A stretch of 63,983 bases of DNA, filler included, from Basidiobolus ranarum (taxonomy: Eukaryota): the NCBI GenBank assembly GCA_040143965.1. It is 3 parts of 3 records of this genome, joined end to end, with 100 filler letters (N's around TTAATTAATTAA, not from the genome) between each part and the next. Parts side by side here need not be neighbours in the genome. Positions count along the whole stretch, not along the records: positions 23,710 to 47,220 come from JASJQH010007040.1; positions 47,321 to 63,983 come from JASJQH010007210.1; 1 more part is not named here. The stretch is one strand, 5' to 3'. A program made the position numbers and the translations under genes. Positions 33,551-47,531 of the stretch are shown one piece after another (the first letter of the stretch is position 1; each line of letters starts with the position of its first letter). The notes beneath the pieces were generated by a model, which was given only the letters and a program-made list of their open reading frames with translations, ran no database searches and was not told the DNA's origin.

Positions 33551-36500
33551 TATCTTCAAAAAGAGAACGTAAGGGGGTTAGTGTTCATTCGACCTGCAGA
33601 CATGTTCCTATTTATATTCAGCCAGATATGGATTTGCCTTTGAAACACTCGTGTGTAGAGTGGAATGATGTCGAGTCCAAGAATGCTAATGAGGTTGAGG
33701 AACCACTATCGAGTATTCACTGGGTAACATGGCACCATGTATCATACTCGATCCCGACAAGCTAAAATCAGCATATTTGAATGCATCCTAGCATCAAGAG
33801 CTGAGAGAGGTGTGGCAGAAGCTGGCATGGATCACTGGGATTTACAAAGAGATATGTACATGAGATTAAGGGTATTAGTATTTCCACAATCCTCACTTTC
33901 TCTTAACCAATTCAAGGAATCCATTCCTCGAGAGCTGAATGGATGGGCCTTCCTCATGCATCGCAATTTATGTGCCAGTTCGGAGTTGGCCAAAATCAAA
34001 GATTGGAATCATCCACGGAGTGCTAGATCTTTGTTGTATTGCTAATTACTGAAGATTCTGAGATTTTCTCTATGCGAAGTAATTGACTCTATCCACATAA
34101 CAAGATAGCCTTTCTCTAGATTCATTTGGCACCATTAAGTAACGAACATTTTCTTAGTAGAGCTAGTCTTGCTTTTGATTGGATGAACCAATTCCTTTAT
34201 TCTTGAATCTGGTGATTTATTTATTATCGGAAAATACCGAATTGTTGATGCTAGTATATCTGCGTTTGGGGTAGTGTGGATTGATCTCCTCATAATATAC
34301 TACAGGCATCCATTACTTGATGAGTGTTTCAATTCAAGCTGTATATTTCAACTATTGTGACATCTCTAGCTACGTGTGACAGATATTTCACAAGTTAGCG
34401 TTGAGAAATGGTCCAGACCTGTAATTGGTAATGCAATTCAAGTGGGCTCCAATCAGGCCTCTCTCCGGAACCGTCTAGTAATTATCAGAGCCAGTCCCAA
34501 CCGGAGATTCGTTAAATCTAATCTACCTGGTCGTAAAGTGGCTTAGCATCATGGTTGTCTTTCCTTACCAATTTGCTCAGCAGAAAGTGTGACAAGTAGT
34601 ATTTGTCAGTTCTATGTACACTTGTTGAAGCCAATCAGCATGCAACATTGCCGAGGAAGAGTAAAGTGGAAGAATATCTTCAACGCTCTACAGCACTGGT
34701 CCTACTTCTTACTCGACAAATACTGGATTCTCGGGGCCATATTAGAAATGCGCGGTAAACACTTGATCTGAAATATTCTACTCATTAGGCAGGTAGGATA
34801 GTTTTACATTCATTATCACCATGAACAAATACTGTTCCTAACCTATTCTCGTATATTAGTTGGTCCAAGGTGGTACCATTGAATCCGATTAGATACTAGA
34901 TAGCTGACATCCGAGCACAGAGGAACCCTCCCAAGTATCTCATCGTTGTAGGCACTGAATGGTGTGTCTAGATGCTCTTGGCTGCAACAAGTAGAAGAGT
35001 TCGCTTTCTTTGCGAAGCTGAGCGTTTATTTCCATAGAATAGTGTTCTTTCCTACACAGGACACTCATATGATCCGAGCGTCAGTTCAATCCCACTCCTA
35101 TTACTCCAACAAATGTCTCCCTGCGTATTTGGCAGCTAATAGTGTCAGTCACTCGAAACATAATCTACTTTCATTACTGAACACTTTCAGATCTCAATAC
35201 CGCCCTGAAAACATGTACCTATGATGAGATTGCGTCTGTTTGTCAGGGGGTAGAGCTTAAAGTCACCCTGCTACGACCTACTCTTCAATCACTCCTATTG
35301 AGTTCAAGAATACGGTATTTCTTTACCCACGTGCTTATCATTGTTAGCGTTCGACACCCTTAGGGCAAGTTCCTGCCTTGTTTGATACAGAAACCTGATT
35401 ATTATGCGAATTGAATTCGGTTTCATGTTAAATTTGCATGGAAGGTCTGTTCAATACTGGGAGTAGAGTGCTAAGAAGATCGGTTTTTGATGGGGTCGTG
35501 AAAAACTCAGTTGGAAGGCCATTGGTGGCTGGTGGATATAGGTGCGTTCTGCCTGATTGCTGTAATTCAATCTATGCAAATATGCCAAACAAATTTGATT
35601 TGAACTGGTGTGATGTAATATCTCTGCAATTTAAGACCATTCATGCTAGGTCCATTATGCATTGGGATCGTGTTACAAAATGTGACTGTCACCGTTTGTC
35701 TTAGTTCACGTCAACTCTTTGATTATTCATATCGGTGTTTAACTATCTCTAAACTACACCTGGTTGTCGCATCAACAGTCACCTAACTTGTAGCCAACTC
35801 TACTGCTGGAGGAAGGGCCTGCAATATGGAGAGGAATCCTCCTTTCTGTGCCTGTGAGCGTGGCTAATCCACCCAAAATCTTACAGCCCAGCGGCTGCAG
35901 AAAATCCCGAGTCGGAAATAAAGAAGGATTGGACTGTCTTGAACGCATCTTACCAGCGCCCACCCCCATAATCCCAGTATCTAGGTATAGTCCATCCTAA
36001 TATTCCCTGGGCGGGCTCATCTTGGCTCCACTGAATGCCAATAGTTAATATCCCCCCATTTTGTTTGGAAAGAATCGCCATCTAGGTGATCCAGAGTGAG
36101 CTGCGAAGGTTCATCCATCTAAGACACTGCCTGTGCTTTTTTCATAATAGTGGTTCATATATTGTGTCATTGTAACCATCACCAGGAACACTTCACACCT
36201 AACCTTACATACTGGGGACTCCACCCACAGCACTGGACGGCAACTTCACTCGGGTTCAGCCATAGTTTCTGTTGATGTGTCTCTTGGAGCTGCTCCATAC
36301 GCAAATATACCAACACTCATCATCCTTGTAGACTCGTCCAATGAGCCGGCCCTTCCACTAAGCCAATACTGGACTAGGATTCGATATATCAATCACCTTC
36401 GTGCATGCAACGCCCACTACATGCTATGCTACTAATCCCGATCCTCAGTCAATTACTTCATAATCGTGATTAAGTAAGCACCTCAGAACAATGGGAATCC

Positions 36501-37270
36501 CTCCATTGAACATTCCAAACATGCCTACATGCTAGGCGGATTTCACCAGATACGTGTATTTGCTTCTCTGCCATCTTACTTGTCGGGATATTGATCGTCC
36601 CTCGTTCTGATACTTTAGTGAAGGCCATTTCGAATCATGCAGTAGCAGTTATGGATGAAACAGAACTAGGTTTCATCTCATTTGTGATCATTTCGAATTT
36701 GGGGTCTTTATGAAAGTTGGTAAATCATCTGAAAAGAGGATTCCATCGAATCACCTTTACAATAAGCGGGTGAAAAAGTACAATCGGTCATCGGGATGTG
36801 GGCTAACAATGAATTAGGGGATTCCTACAATACCCATAATAATCTCACAAAAATATATAGCGTTCAATGTGACTTGAGTTATCTTGTGGTTATTCCTCTA
36901 TCTAGATTACTCCTTGCCTTCTGCCTGAAGAGACTAGGAAACAAAAGGAGTGAACCAAAGTGAAAAGAATATCGTTTCTCCATATATTTTTCTATACTAT
37001 TCTACCTCTCACAAAAGAAATTCCTTTTCAAACCAGTATACGCGAGTGGTGTTTGGAACAATAGAGGCCAATCGCCCATACTTTACTTGCTACTCTACAT
37101 TTCATCTGTATTCAGTGTCTATTACATCCTACTTGCTTCTTCTTCTAAACACCCCTTCAAGTCCACTTATTATTTCAAGTGTATTTGCATTTCCTTCTTG
37201 ATTTTGTCCTTAATCTATAAGTGAGTGTAAGCTTCCACCTATACGTACATTGTGAAGCTTTTCCTTGAAA

Positions 37271-38723
<1,453 letters not shown>

Positions 38724-39877
38724 ATTTGATTTAAATAATTCTGAGCATCCAATCCATTTAATTCATTGTTTATCTTTTACAATAATTCGCTTCTCCACCT
38801 CACCTATTGTTGTATTTGAACATGTCATGGAAAATCGAAACCTTCGACGATCTATCATCTTTTTACACCAATCTATCAAACACAACCTCACTAGGCTTTA
38901 CATCCTCGTTGAAGCGCTATTTGCATCACCTCTCTTGTTCCCTTCTTTCCTCTTCACACCGCTATTATATTCAATCGAGTCTATGTTCAATTGTAATAAA
39001 TAATCACCTTCGCTTCTTGATGAAGTACTTAGACCTCAAACAACTGACAGGATTGAATGTCTGCTCTTTTAAAATTCCAGAGAACTTGACTCTTTGTTCG
39101 GAGTGGCGTGTATTTGATATGAGGCGGACTTGGAACTGAGCTCGTAAAGATGCCAGCAACAACGGGCTGATCGTAGAAGTCGTTCAAACCAACCGTGTGA
39201 GAGAGAAATCAATAAATGGATGGATGAAAGTCATCTGAATTACTCGTATATTTGGAAGGAATCAAGAGCTAGTCTCATCCACATAAAACCCTTGGTATAT
39301 CTGGGCTGTTTGAAAGAAGTATTAGGTTGTGGATATAAGGTGGGATTCCATTCTACAGCTGGACTATCTCCTGGTCAGTGTGGTAACTTTCACTCACATG
39401 TCTTTAGTTCATTTAATGCTTACCACTCCTCAAATTCAACTATCTCGGATTCACCCAATTTTATTAATATGTTTCGTCCCATATGTGATCAAAGGGCAAT
39501 GAGGTGAACGAGGGGACGGCGGTCACAACTATATAGTGGAGGGTATGGATATGCCGTGGATTATTAACAAAACCGGATCTTATTAATGTGTGTAAGTATC
39601 TCCATTACCTCAAATAAAAGGATGGAGAAGAAAACTAATAAACTATACGATATATTTCACCATCCATACTCTATTGAAAAATTATGAATCAATTTACGGA
39701 TATAATGTTGGTTGAGGTCGAGGTGGAGGTGGAGATGGATATCTCATAAAAGATGGTCATCTTCGTAGAATAAATTGTCTCTTTGAACAGTTGGAGATGG
39801 TGTTAACTTGTACATATGGTTCGGGAACCGTATCAGGAGTGAGAATCGTAGAAACAAAACATATCAACTAATGGAAA

Positions 39878-42800
39878 TCAACGGGGACTTTGTGGTCTAT
39901 AGAGTACACTTCCTCCACTTTCACTTCCCTCCTCACTGGGTGTATGACTATTTGGGTTCAGCAAACTTACACTGGATAAATGGGCAAGTTGACTCGGTGT
40001 CTGGTAACCCAATTTCTCAACAGACTCCGACGCGGATGGATTCAATGGACTATTCACCGTCAGATTGTTTAATGTCTTTTGTGTCTTTCTACGTTTTGTT
40101 CTCTCAAACTCTGACCACTTCTTCATCACAATTCTGGATCCATCAAATTCCCCTTCGGCATTTCCGTGCTCATCATCAGCCCCTTCTCCCGCAACCTGTC
40201 TCGTCTCTCCCCAGCTGAAGTCATCAAAATGCCAGAACGAATAGACAGGTAAAATGAAATTCCATACGAAGAGGGCCATGAGATAGATTAGCATCCAACC
40301 TACATACACCAACTTTCTGGTGGTCATTAAGATCAAAACCGCAGGAAGTCCCAAAATAATCGCCAACAAGATGAGTGGAATAACTGGTACCGGCTTGGTA
40401 AGAAAAGAGATTACTATCAGGTAGACAGTAAAGCAAATGGCCGCTGGCAATACAACGGTTCCAACAAGCTCCATGAATACAACAAATTGCATGGAGAAAC
40501 AAAAGGTACCACAAAGATCTCGGATGAGCACTAACTCCATAAGGTTATGCACTGTCGAGTTAATCCATCGTCTACGTTGTGATAAGAGAACTCTAAATGC
40601 TTCCGGTACCACCGTCTTGCAGACAGCTTGAGGTACAAAAATCATCTTTCGTTTGGGGAACGTACGAAGCATCATTGTGCTCAGGAATCGATCCTCACCC
40701 AATAAAAGAAGATTCTTCTTGTGTAAGGTGTCTACCACATTCTCAGAGTAATGCTCGACAATGTCCGGACTGGCAAGGACAGGCACCCAGAAGCCGTTCG
40801 GCCCTTTGGGTGCTTTAATCCTATACATACAGAAACAACCGGGTAAGCAAGTAACACCACCGAAAATCGACTCAAACGCCTTGTTCAAATGATGAGAGAT
40901 ATAGTATTCAAATACTTGAATCATCGTCACCCAACTATTACGTTTGTTGGCAATCTTGGTCTCTCCACAAAGACCCATGATCTGTGGGTCACGAACCATA
41001 CAAGAAACCATTCGAGTCACTGAATCCGGATACACCTTGGTATCCGCATCTACCATCAGAACAATTTCAAAATGATCGGGACTAACACCAGTAACTCCCC
41101 AGATCGCGTTAAATAACTCGTACTGCATCTCAGTCATTCGATCGTCAAACATTACATGTTGCAGGAAGGACATGAGAATAATTTGACTGTCACGCTTGCC
41201 ACGATTTCCAGGTTTTGGCGCATCGGCTTCGTCTGGTGTACCACACTTGGCAATAACGACCATGGGGACTTTGGTTTGCTTCTCCATGGGGACGGTGGAT
41301 TCACTGAACCTGTAATAACCCGCATAGATTTTGGCCATGTAGTGTCGTTTCGAACCATCGGCTATAGCAACATAGGAATACGGTTGGACATGCTCGGGTG
41401 GGATAACAAAGTCTTTCATCATGGAGACACATACATCTGGAGTTGAATGCTTATTTCCCGCTCCAACTATCAAACCATCAGCAATCACCATGATTAATTT
41501 GTGCGAGGATGGATAATCCGTTAGTGCCAAAGAATCAAGCGTGGTACGTATCCCGATTTCGTCCTCTGAGTAAGCGGTGACCAGCATGATTGTGTAGGCG
41601 AGTGAAAAGTTGAAAGGTTGGAAAGTGGCGGGGGGTGGGGTTGGTGGTATGTGTACATTGCTGAGGATCGTCGAGGAACTTCTGGAATCCCGCCTAGAGC
41701 GGTTCGGTGTAGTGGCTAAGGAATTAACCGAATCGTTTCTACCATTACCATTTCGGAATTTTGTATCATGTGGAATGGAAGCGTAACTTCTTTTCGTAGC
41801 GAATTCGTGGTTGGGAGTAGAGAATCGACTGGTGCTTGGAAGTAAAGTATTACTATTCCCGGCCATGGTGTTACCGTATTTGACTGAAGATGGAATGGCT
41901 AAGTTGTTGGGACTTTCACTCCACTTCTCAATGGCCTCGACTCGCTTCATACGTTCCTCGTAAGTCTCTTGGCGGAAAGTACCCAAACGCCAGCTAATAA
42001 CCCAGCCAAAGAAAACTGCCAGAAAGAATTTACTCAATACTACACCTAGGATAACCACCAGGGAGACATAAAGAATTATATTTGAAATGATACATCCCAT
42101 GGATGTGGTATCCAATGCTCCAACTTTTAAAATCCCCGCTGCACAGTCAGCTTCGTTATGGTAGTAGTTTCGCAGGAAAAATGTTACATCAGTACCACGG
42201 TAGAGTGAGTTGGGGGACTTGAGTAGGTTGAAGACGGGAGGCAGTTGGTAATCAGGAACTAGTGAGTTCAGTATATTCAGATCCAACACGTGCCTTCAAT
42301 AATAAAAACCTTGGTTAAAATCCCATCTAACATATTTATAATGAACTATGAATTACCCATTGTAAACAACCAGATTCCGGTCAGCTCTTTGGATATCCTT
42401 CCATTCATAATAAACATCACCTAGAACTGGTAAACTACGCAAAAGATTCGGTTCTCTGTTTAAATGACACCCAGAGCGTCCAGTATTTTCGGTTGGACTG
42501 GGGTAATTCGTATCATTTCGAACCACACAGGGAAAAAAGGTAAGAGTATTCGAATTCCCCCATATCTTATTGCAGCCATCATTTGTACTCTGGAATAGAA
42601 AGGAAATGTCCATTGATCCGGCCAGCGCTGTGATACTTCCCCCTTGAGGAATTCCAGGACTTGCCGGATGAGAAAACCCGGAAATTTTGTAAGCTCTTCC
42701 ATTGATCACCGTATAATCGGCACCGATGGTTCCTTGTCGAACTCGAGGGGCAATATTCCACCCACACAAAACTTGCTGGAGCCCGAATGTAAGGAAACCT

Positions 42801-43966
42801 ACAATCAAACACATTAGGAACACGATGGTACACAGGGCCATCTTCTCTCGCCAGGCTTGACGTACTTGAGGCGTTTTCATCCCTAGGGATAGAAGAGTCA
42901 ATTACAATCACTCAGTTGAACCATTTCCTATCATTCCTAATCTTACTAATACTTACCACAACATGAAAGAATAGGACTCGGTGCATAGAATGTGATGACT
43001 CGAGAGAATATGACCCAACAGCTGGGACATCTTTTCCTTGCCGGAGATGCAGGCTGCTTTTTGCCCTTTCCATTGCTGATGGTGGAATTGTGGCGGTTAA
43101 CCAGTTCCTCACGAGCTCCTCTAGCCAGGCCTCGAGCTTGCGCTGCCTCCTGATTTTGGCGTCCGCTATGTCTGTCTGGCCTACGTTCAGGACGGATCAG
43201 TGATTTTTGTCGACGAGGTGGCTCAGCACGACCCTGTTCCTCCATATTCACTTGGTTTGAAACAACCACTCTTGGGTTTTTGGTACGTGTTGGAGAACGG
43301 GAATAATTACTATTACGAGAGCGAGAACCTGCAGAGGACTCAATGGTTGGCGAATAAGGTTCATCTGAGACAAAATCGATTCATTGGTTAACTCAACTCG
43401 TGAATGAAACAAATATATGGGATATTTTGGTAAATAGGAATAAATGAAATTTTCCAAATATATCCACCAATGATTTCTTCAGAAATTCAATTTAGAGGGA
43501 AGGTTGAGACATACCGGTAGGTGGGGGGTGATTTTGTAGCATTTGTAATTCTAATTTCTCAGGACCACGACTCTCTGGGCCATAAGATTTGGAAACTGTG
43601 CGTGGTGCTTGTAGACGACTGTAAGTACTTAGTGGTCTGTCATCCTCCGCCAAGGTCTCCGAAAGCTTTGGAATGGTGGGAGAAGAAGATCCTGCGACAA
43701 TGGTTAGTGATCAAGTATGGGCATGAAAAACTTGCAATGAGCTTAATACCTCTACTGTTGAGTGCATCTTGGATGTAGCTAGAATGTAGCTGAGGAGTGG
43801 CGTCGAATCCTTGCTCCCAGTCCTCAGTCTTTTGATCAAAGCCTTCGGCATCATCTGGAAACGTAGCGGTTCTCTCCTTCGAAGCCGAGGGGGTTGATAC
43901 TATTTTGTTGGATGTGGTACCTCTCCCAGGCATTTCTGGGTCATTGTTCTTTTTTGACGATGACAT
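39878..43966 (-). CDS. Chitin synthase class IV (Chs3-like, GT2), about 5 exons
   Basis: [21 protein letters not shown], cytochrome-b5-like region, [57 protein letters not shown]. First exons splice in frame from ATG 43966. Confidence 0.96.
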
Positions 43967-46913
43967 GGAGCTGACTGACTACTGTCAATAATATGTGGCA
44001 AGGTATAAGAGAGATTAATTGTAAGAGAAAGGTTGGCTTTGTTAAAGGTGGGGCTGACTCAGACGTCTAGATATGTGGAAGGGGTTTTCGGTTCACGGAT
44101 ATCCTTGAGAAGGGTATAAATCTCAACTCTCTAATGTTCCGAATAAGGATAGTCAAAAGTCTACCAGTAAAGTAGGGGATTTTAGTAAAGCTACTGAGAG
44201 AAGGTAAAGGATGGATGTGGTGGAAGGCAGGTATCCCGAGCAAGGTTAAATATTAGTAAAGCAGCAGTTTGCTTGATATATACCACCAAACCGTTTATAA
44301 TAAGAGTAAGATAGAGGAAGCTGAAATGAGGAAAGCCTTGGCCAAGTTATACTAAGTTGAAAGAGAAAAGTAAGGCACCAAACCAGATGGACCTATTTAA
44401 AACATCAGCCAACGCGGGGTCAGTTGGTGCAGCAGTAGCATGAACTATGTTCCCATTGAAATTCCCGTACATTTTGATGAGATTTCACATTAATTCTCGA
44501 TCTTTACCGGATCCGTCTCCAAAGAAAGGCGCCATTTTATCACGAAATATATTAAAGTGAATCCAATGTTAAACCAGTTATACACACAAAATAGATGATT
44601 GTGTTGACCTTTTCAAGAGTGGAAGAGTCTAGCAATTGGTTTAAAGTTACACAGTGAAATGAGGTTGGGAAATGGTTGACCTCATTTGATGTCAGCTGAA
44701 ATTCCCATGCATCATCATAATTGGCCACACATGCAGCGAACTGGACTTAAATTCAAATAAGGATTCGTCTGTTCAGTTCACTAACCACCGATTCGGTGTA
44801 TTTTTAATCTACAGAAGCAATTTCCAGGGGTAAAAGTGGTGAATCAATCCACAACATTTGCAAACAAACTATTCCTGATTTTGTGAGCACTCATGTCAAA
44901 CTATGCTTGAGCTACTGTTCATTGTAGTGCCTAAACCCAGCCCCACTCCATGCAATTCATTGCGCAACACCGTAGATAAGGTGAGCGACGAATATAGTGC
45001 TGGCCGACTGACTGTCGAGGTGCGGGAATGTATCAGCGGGAGTTTTGGGCTCATCGGCATCTGTCATTGTTGAGGAAAATCAGCGGCGGAGAGCGGCGAC
45101 GCCTTGTGAGTGCTATCCACCCAAGAAGCCGCTGCGTAAGCCAAGTACATTGGCCATTGACGTATACTGATCCGAAAGTTCCCTAGATTGTGAGTCTCGT
45201 TTCATAAAGAGCTAGGCTTGAGTAAAGAATGGGCGGTGTTTTCCGCCAATGGCTAAGGAAGCTGATGCTTAGCAGATGATCCCAAGTCGGTTTAACATAA
45301 TAGTATGATTCGCACTTGTAGCACCTGCTTCTAAGGACGTCTATTGGCGAACATGGCTCAGAAGAAGTAATTCCCGTTTGCGGGGGGATTAAAGTAGTGG
45401 TGGGAGAACAAGGAACCAGTGAGAACGTATTAAGATCAATATCATGACAAAACACCATATCGGATCTAATTAGTGACTATTGGCGAAATCCGGTTTTCAT
45501 GTCAAGTGAATCTACCCGATGTGCAAGCTTTAAGGGGTCCAGTAAATTGTCAGCGTGAATTATTTCCAAATATGGAGGATTCTTGATCACAAACTCTTAC
45601 GTGATTCCGACTCCAAGAACAGGCTGAGGTCTATTAGGATTGGTAATGTTTGCTAATTCTAGCGATGCAAATCCACCCTACAGATTCCAATGTGAGGCTG
45701 AACACGGAACTCGCACATACTACACTTATTCAGCGCGTATCATTCAGTAGAAAGTTCGTTACGATGCATGCAAGAGTATGGTGCTTCTATGCAGTACGCT
45801 ACCAAAGTGAATATTCTTCCTTCTCCTTTGTTTGAGCAGATCAGCGGAATCAGTAATCATGTGATAAACAACTAATAACAGCTAGTGGGTCGCGAATTCC
45901 GTTGATGCATTCAAGTCAGATATGACTGATTGCGACACTTTTCCTGGGATGACTGAATTGTAGCAAGGGTTCAACGAGCGACAATATATTTGGAGGTGTC
46001 TTCATTGGAGTGATGGGGCAGCAAATGGGAGCCGGATTCCTGTAAGAACCTCTACAATTTTGAGACCGATGCCGCATGTGGCTAATTTTTAATTTGTTCA
46101 AAAGACGGTTTCGATATCCAGAGTATCCCTCTGTCCTTTGGCGGCTTACTCTGGCATGAGCTTGGATCATATTGAAGGTACGAGAAACCTTGTATAAATG
46201 GCACAAGCGTACTTATTAAGTTTAGACATCGTCATCGAATATTGATATTGAAATGGGTGGGAGATAATTTTACCGATAACGGAAGATGCATTGCAACTTT
46301 CCCTGCACTCATAACCTCTTATTGTTGGGAAAATTCATACGAGTAAGTGACTAACAGAGTGAAAGGCTTGCAGTACTATCTCCACACTTCAACTTGTTAA
46401 TATGGGAATATGCTGCTCATTTTGCAACTCGTTCTTGTACAATTTCAGCGATTATCAAGTTCGTTGTCTAAATCATTAGCATCTGGACCGATGGAGCGGA
46501 GCAAGTATATAGAAGTTTGCAGGGAGGCGTATCAGTGGATTGCCTCAAACCTTTGGAATGCTTCCAAGTATAAATTGGTTCTGTCACAGTTTGAAGGGTA
46601 AACCTCCATAGGCCAGGCCTTCACATCCTATGTGAAAGGTCGTTTCTCCCATAGCCTTCAGTATACATGAAAGTGGAATATGAAATTCATATTTAGTGTT
46701 TAATTTCTTGACATGTTGGGCAATTAATGAAAATATAAATTTTGTATGCAAGTGAAGCCACGTAGCTTACCAAATCTCTATAGTCAAGTCCTGCTATTTG
46801 TTTGAATTTGGCCATAGAACTGAATATTTCTGTAGAAAGCATCCAGATATGTATATACCATACTTGGAATATCTACTACACCTCTGAACTCCTTCAATTT
46901 CTTAGGTATGTTT

Positions 46914-47220
46914 CTAGTTGGATACATGATTATATTCAACTAGTTTAATACTGGACTCCACTCTTTGAAATCTGGAGGGTTGTTCAATAGTGGGCAAAGT
47001 AGCCTTTTTGGAAGTTGATGGTCTTGATGGTGTTTTGGTTGAACTTTGCTCAACTATTGATTTACTATGTACCTGGGGGATTACAATCTTTTCACTTGCA
47101 CTATTACTGGAAAGGAACACATCTGGTAAATTGATTAATGCCTGATCATTACTTGAGTTAGTTTCTGGCATGTTAATGCCTTCCAAAGTGGATAGTAGAT
47201 TGCTAGACTGCTCATCAATT
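46914..47220 (-). CDS. 3' end of an unidentified gene truncated by the assembly spacer
   Basis: Frame is open from the gap edge (IDEQSSNLLSTLEGINMPE..LINLPDV..) to TAG at 46914; Ser/Thr/Pro-rich tail with no recognisable domain. Confidence 0.6.
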
Positions 47221-47320
47221 NNNNNNNNNNNNNNNNNNNNNNNNNNNNNNNNNNNNNNNNNNNNTTAATTAATTAANNNNNNNNNNNNNNNNNNNNNNNN
47301 NNNNNNNNNNNNNNNNNNNN
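47221..47320. other. Artificial contig spacer with TTAATTAATTAA linker
   Basis: 44 N + TTAATTAATTAA (47265-47276) + 44 N. Confidence 0.98.
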
Positions 47321-47531
47321 GTATTTTCAAACAATAAAAATATTATCCCAACAACATAGATTAAATAATTTTTGGACTCTCATTGGGTCTGGGTGGTTGC
47401 GGGGTGCGGCGGGGCGGGGAGATGGGGATGGAAGTGTCGATTCAAACCAAGAGTTTAACCATGAACTTGGCGAAATAAAAAAAGTCGACTATGTACAATA
47501 TTTGGAGAAACAACGCATATAAAGAATCCCT

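Noticed and set aside
39690-39877. Pro-rich coding-like sequence after the chitin synthase stop
   Set aside because: I found no clean splice path joining it in frame; treated as 3' UTR.
45174-45183. GAAAGTTCCC resembling the RNase MRP/P P4 5' strand
   Set aside because: No matching downstream P4 3' strand found.
46914-47220. Fragment as the continuation of MED12 across the gap
   Set aside because: MED12 already ends with its conserved C-terminal motif and a stop at 47532.
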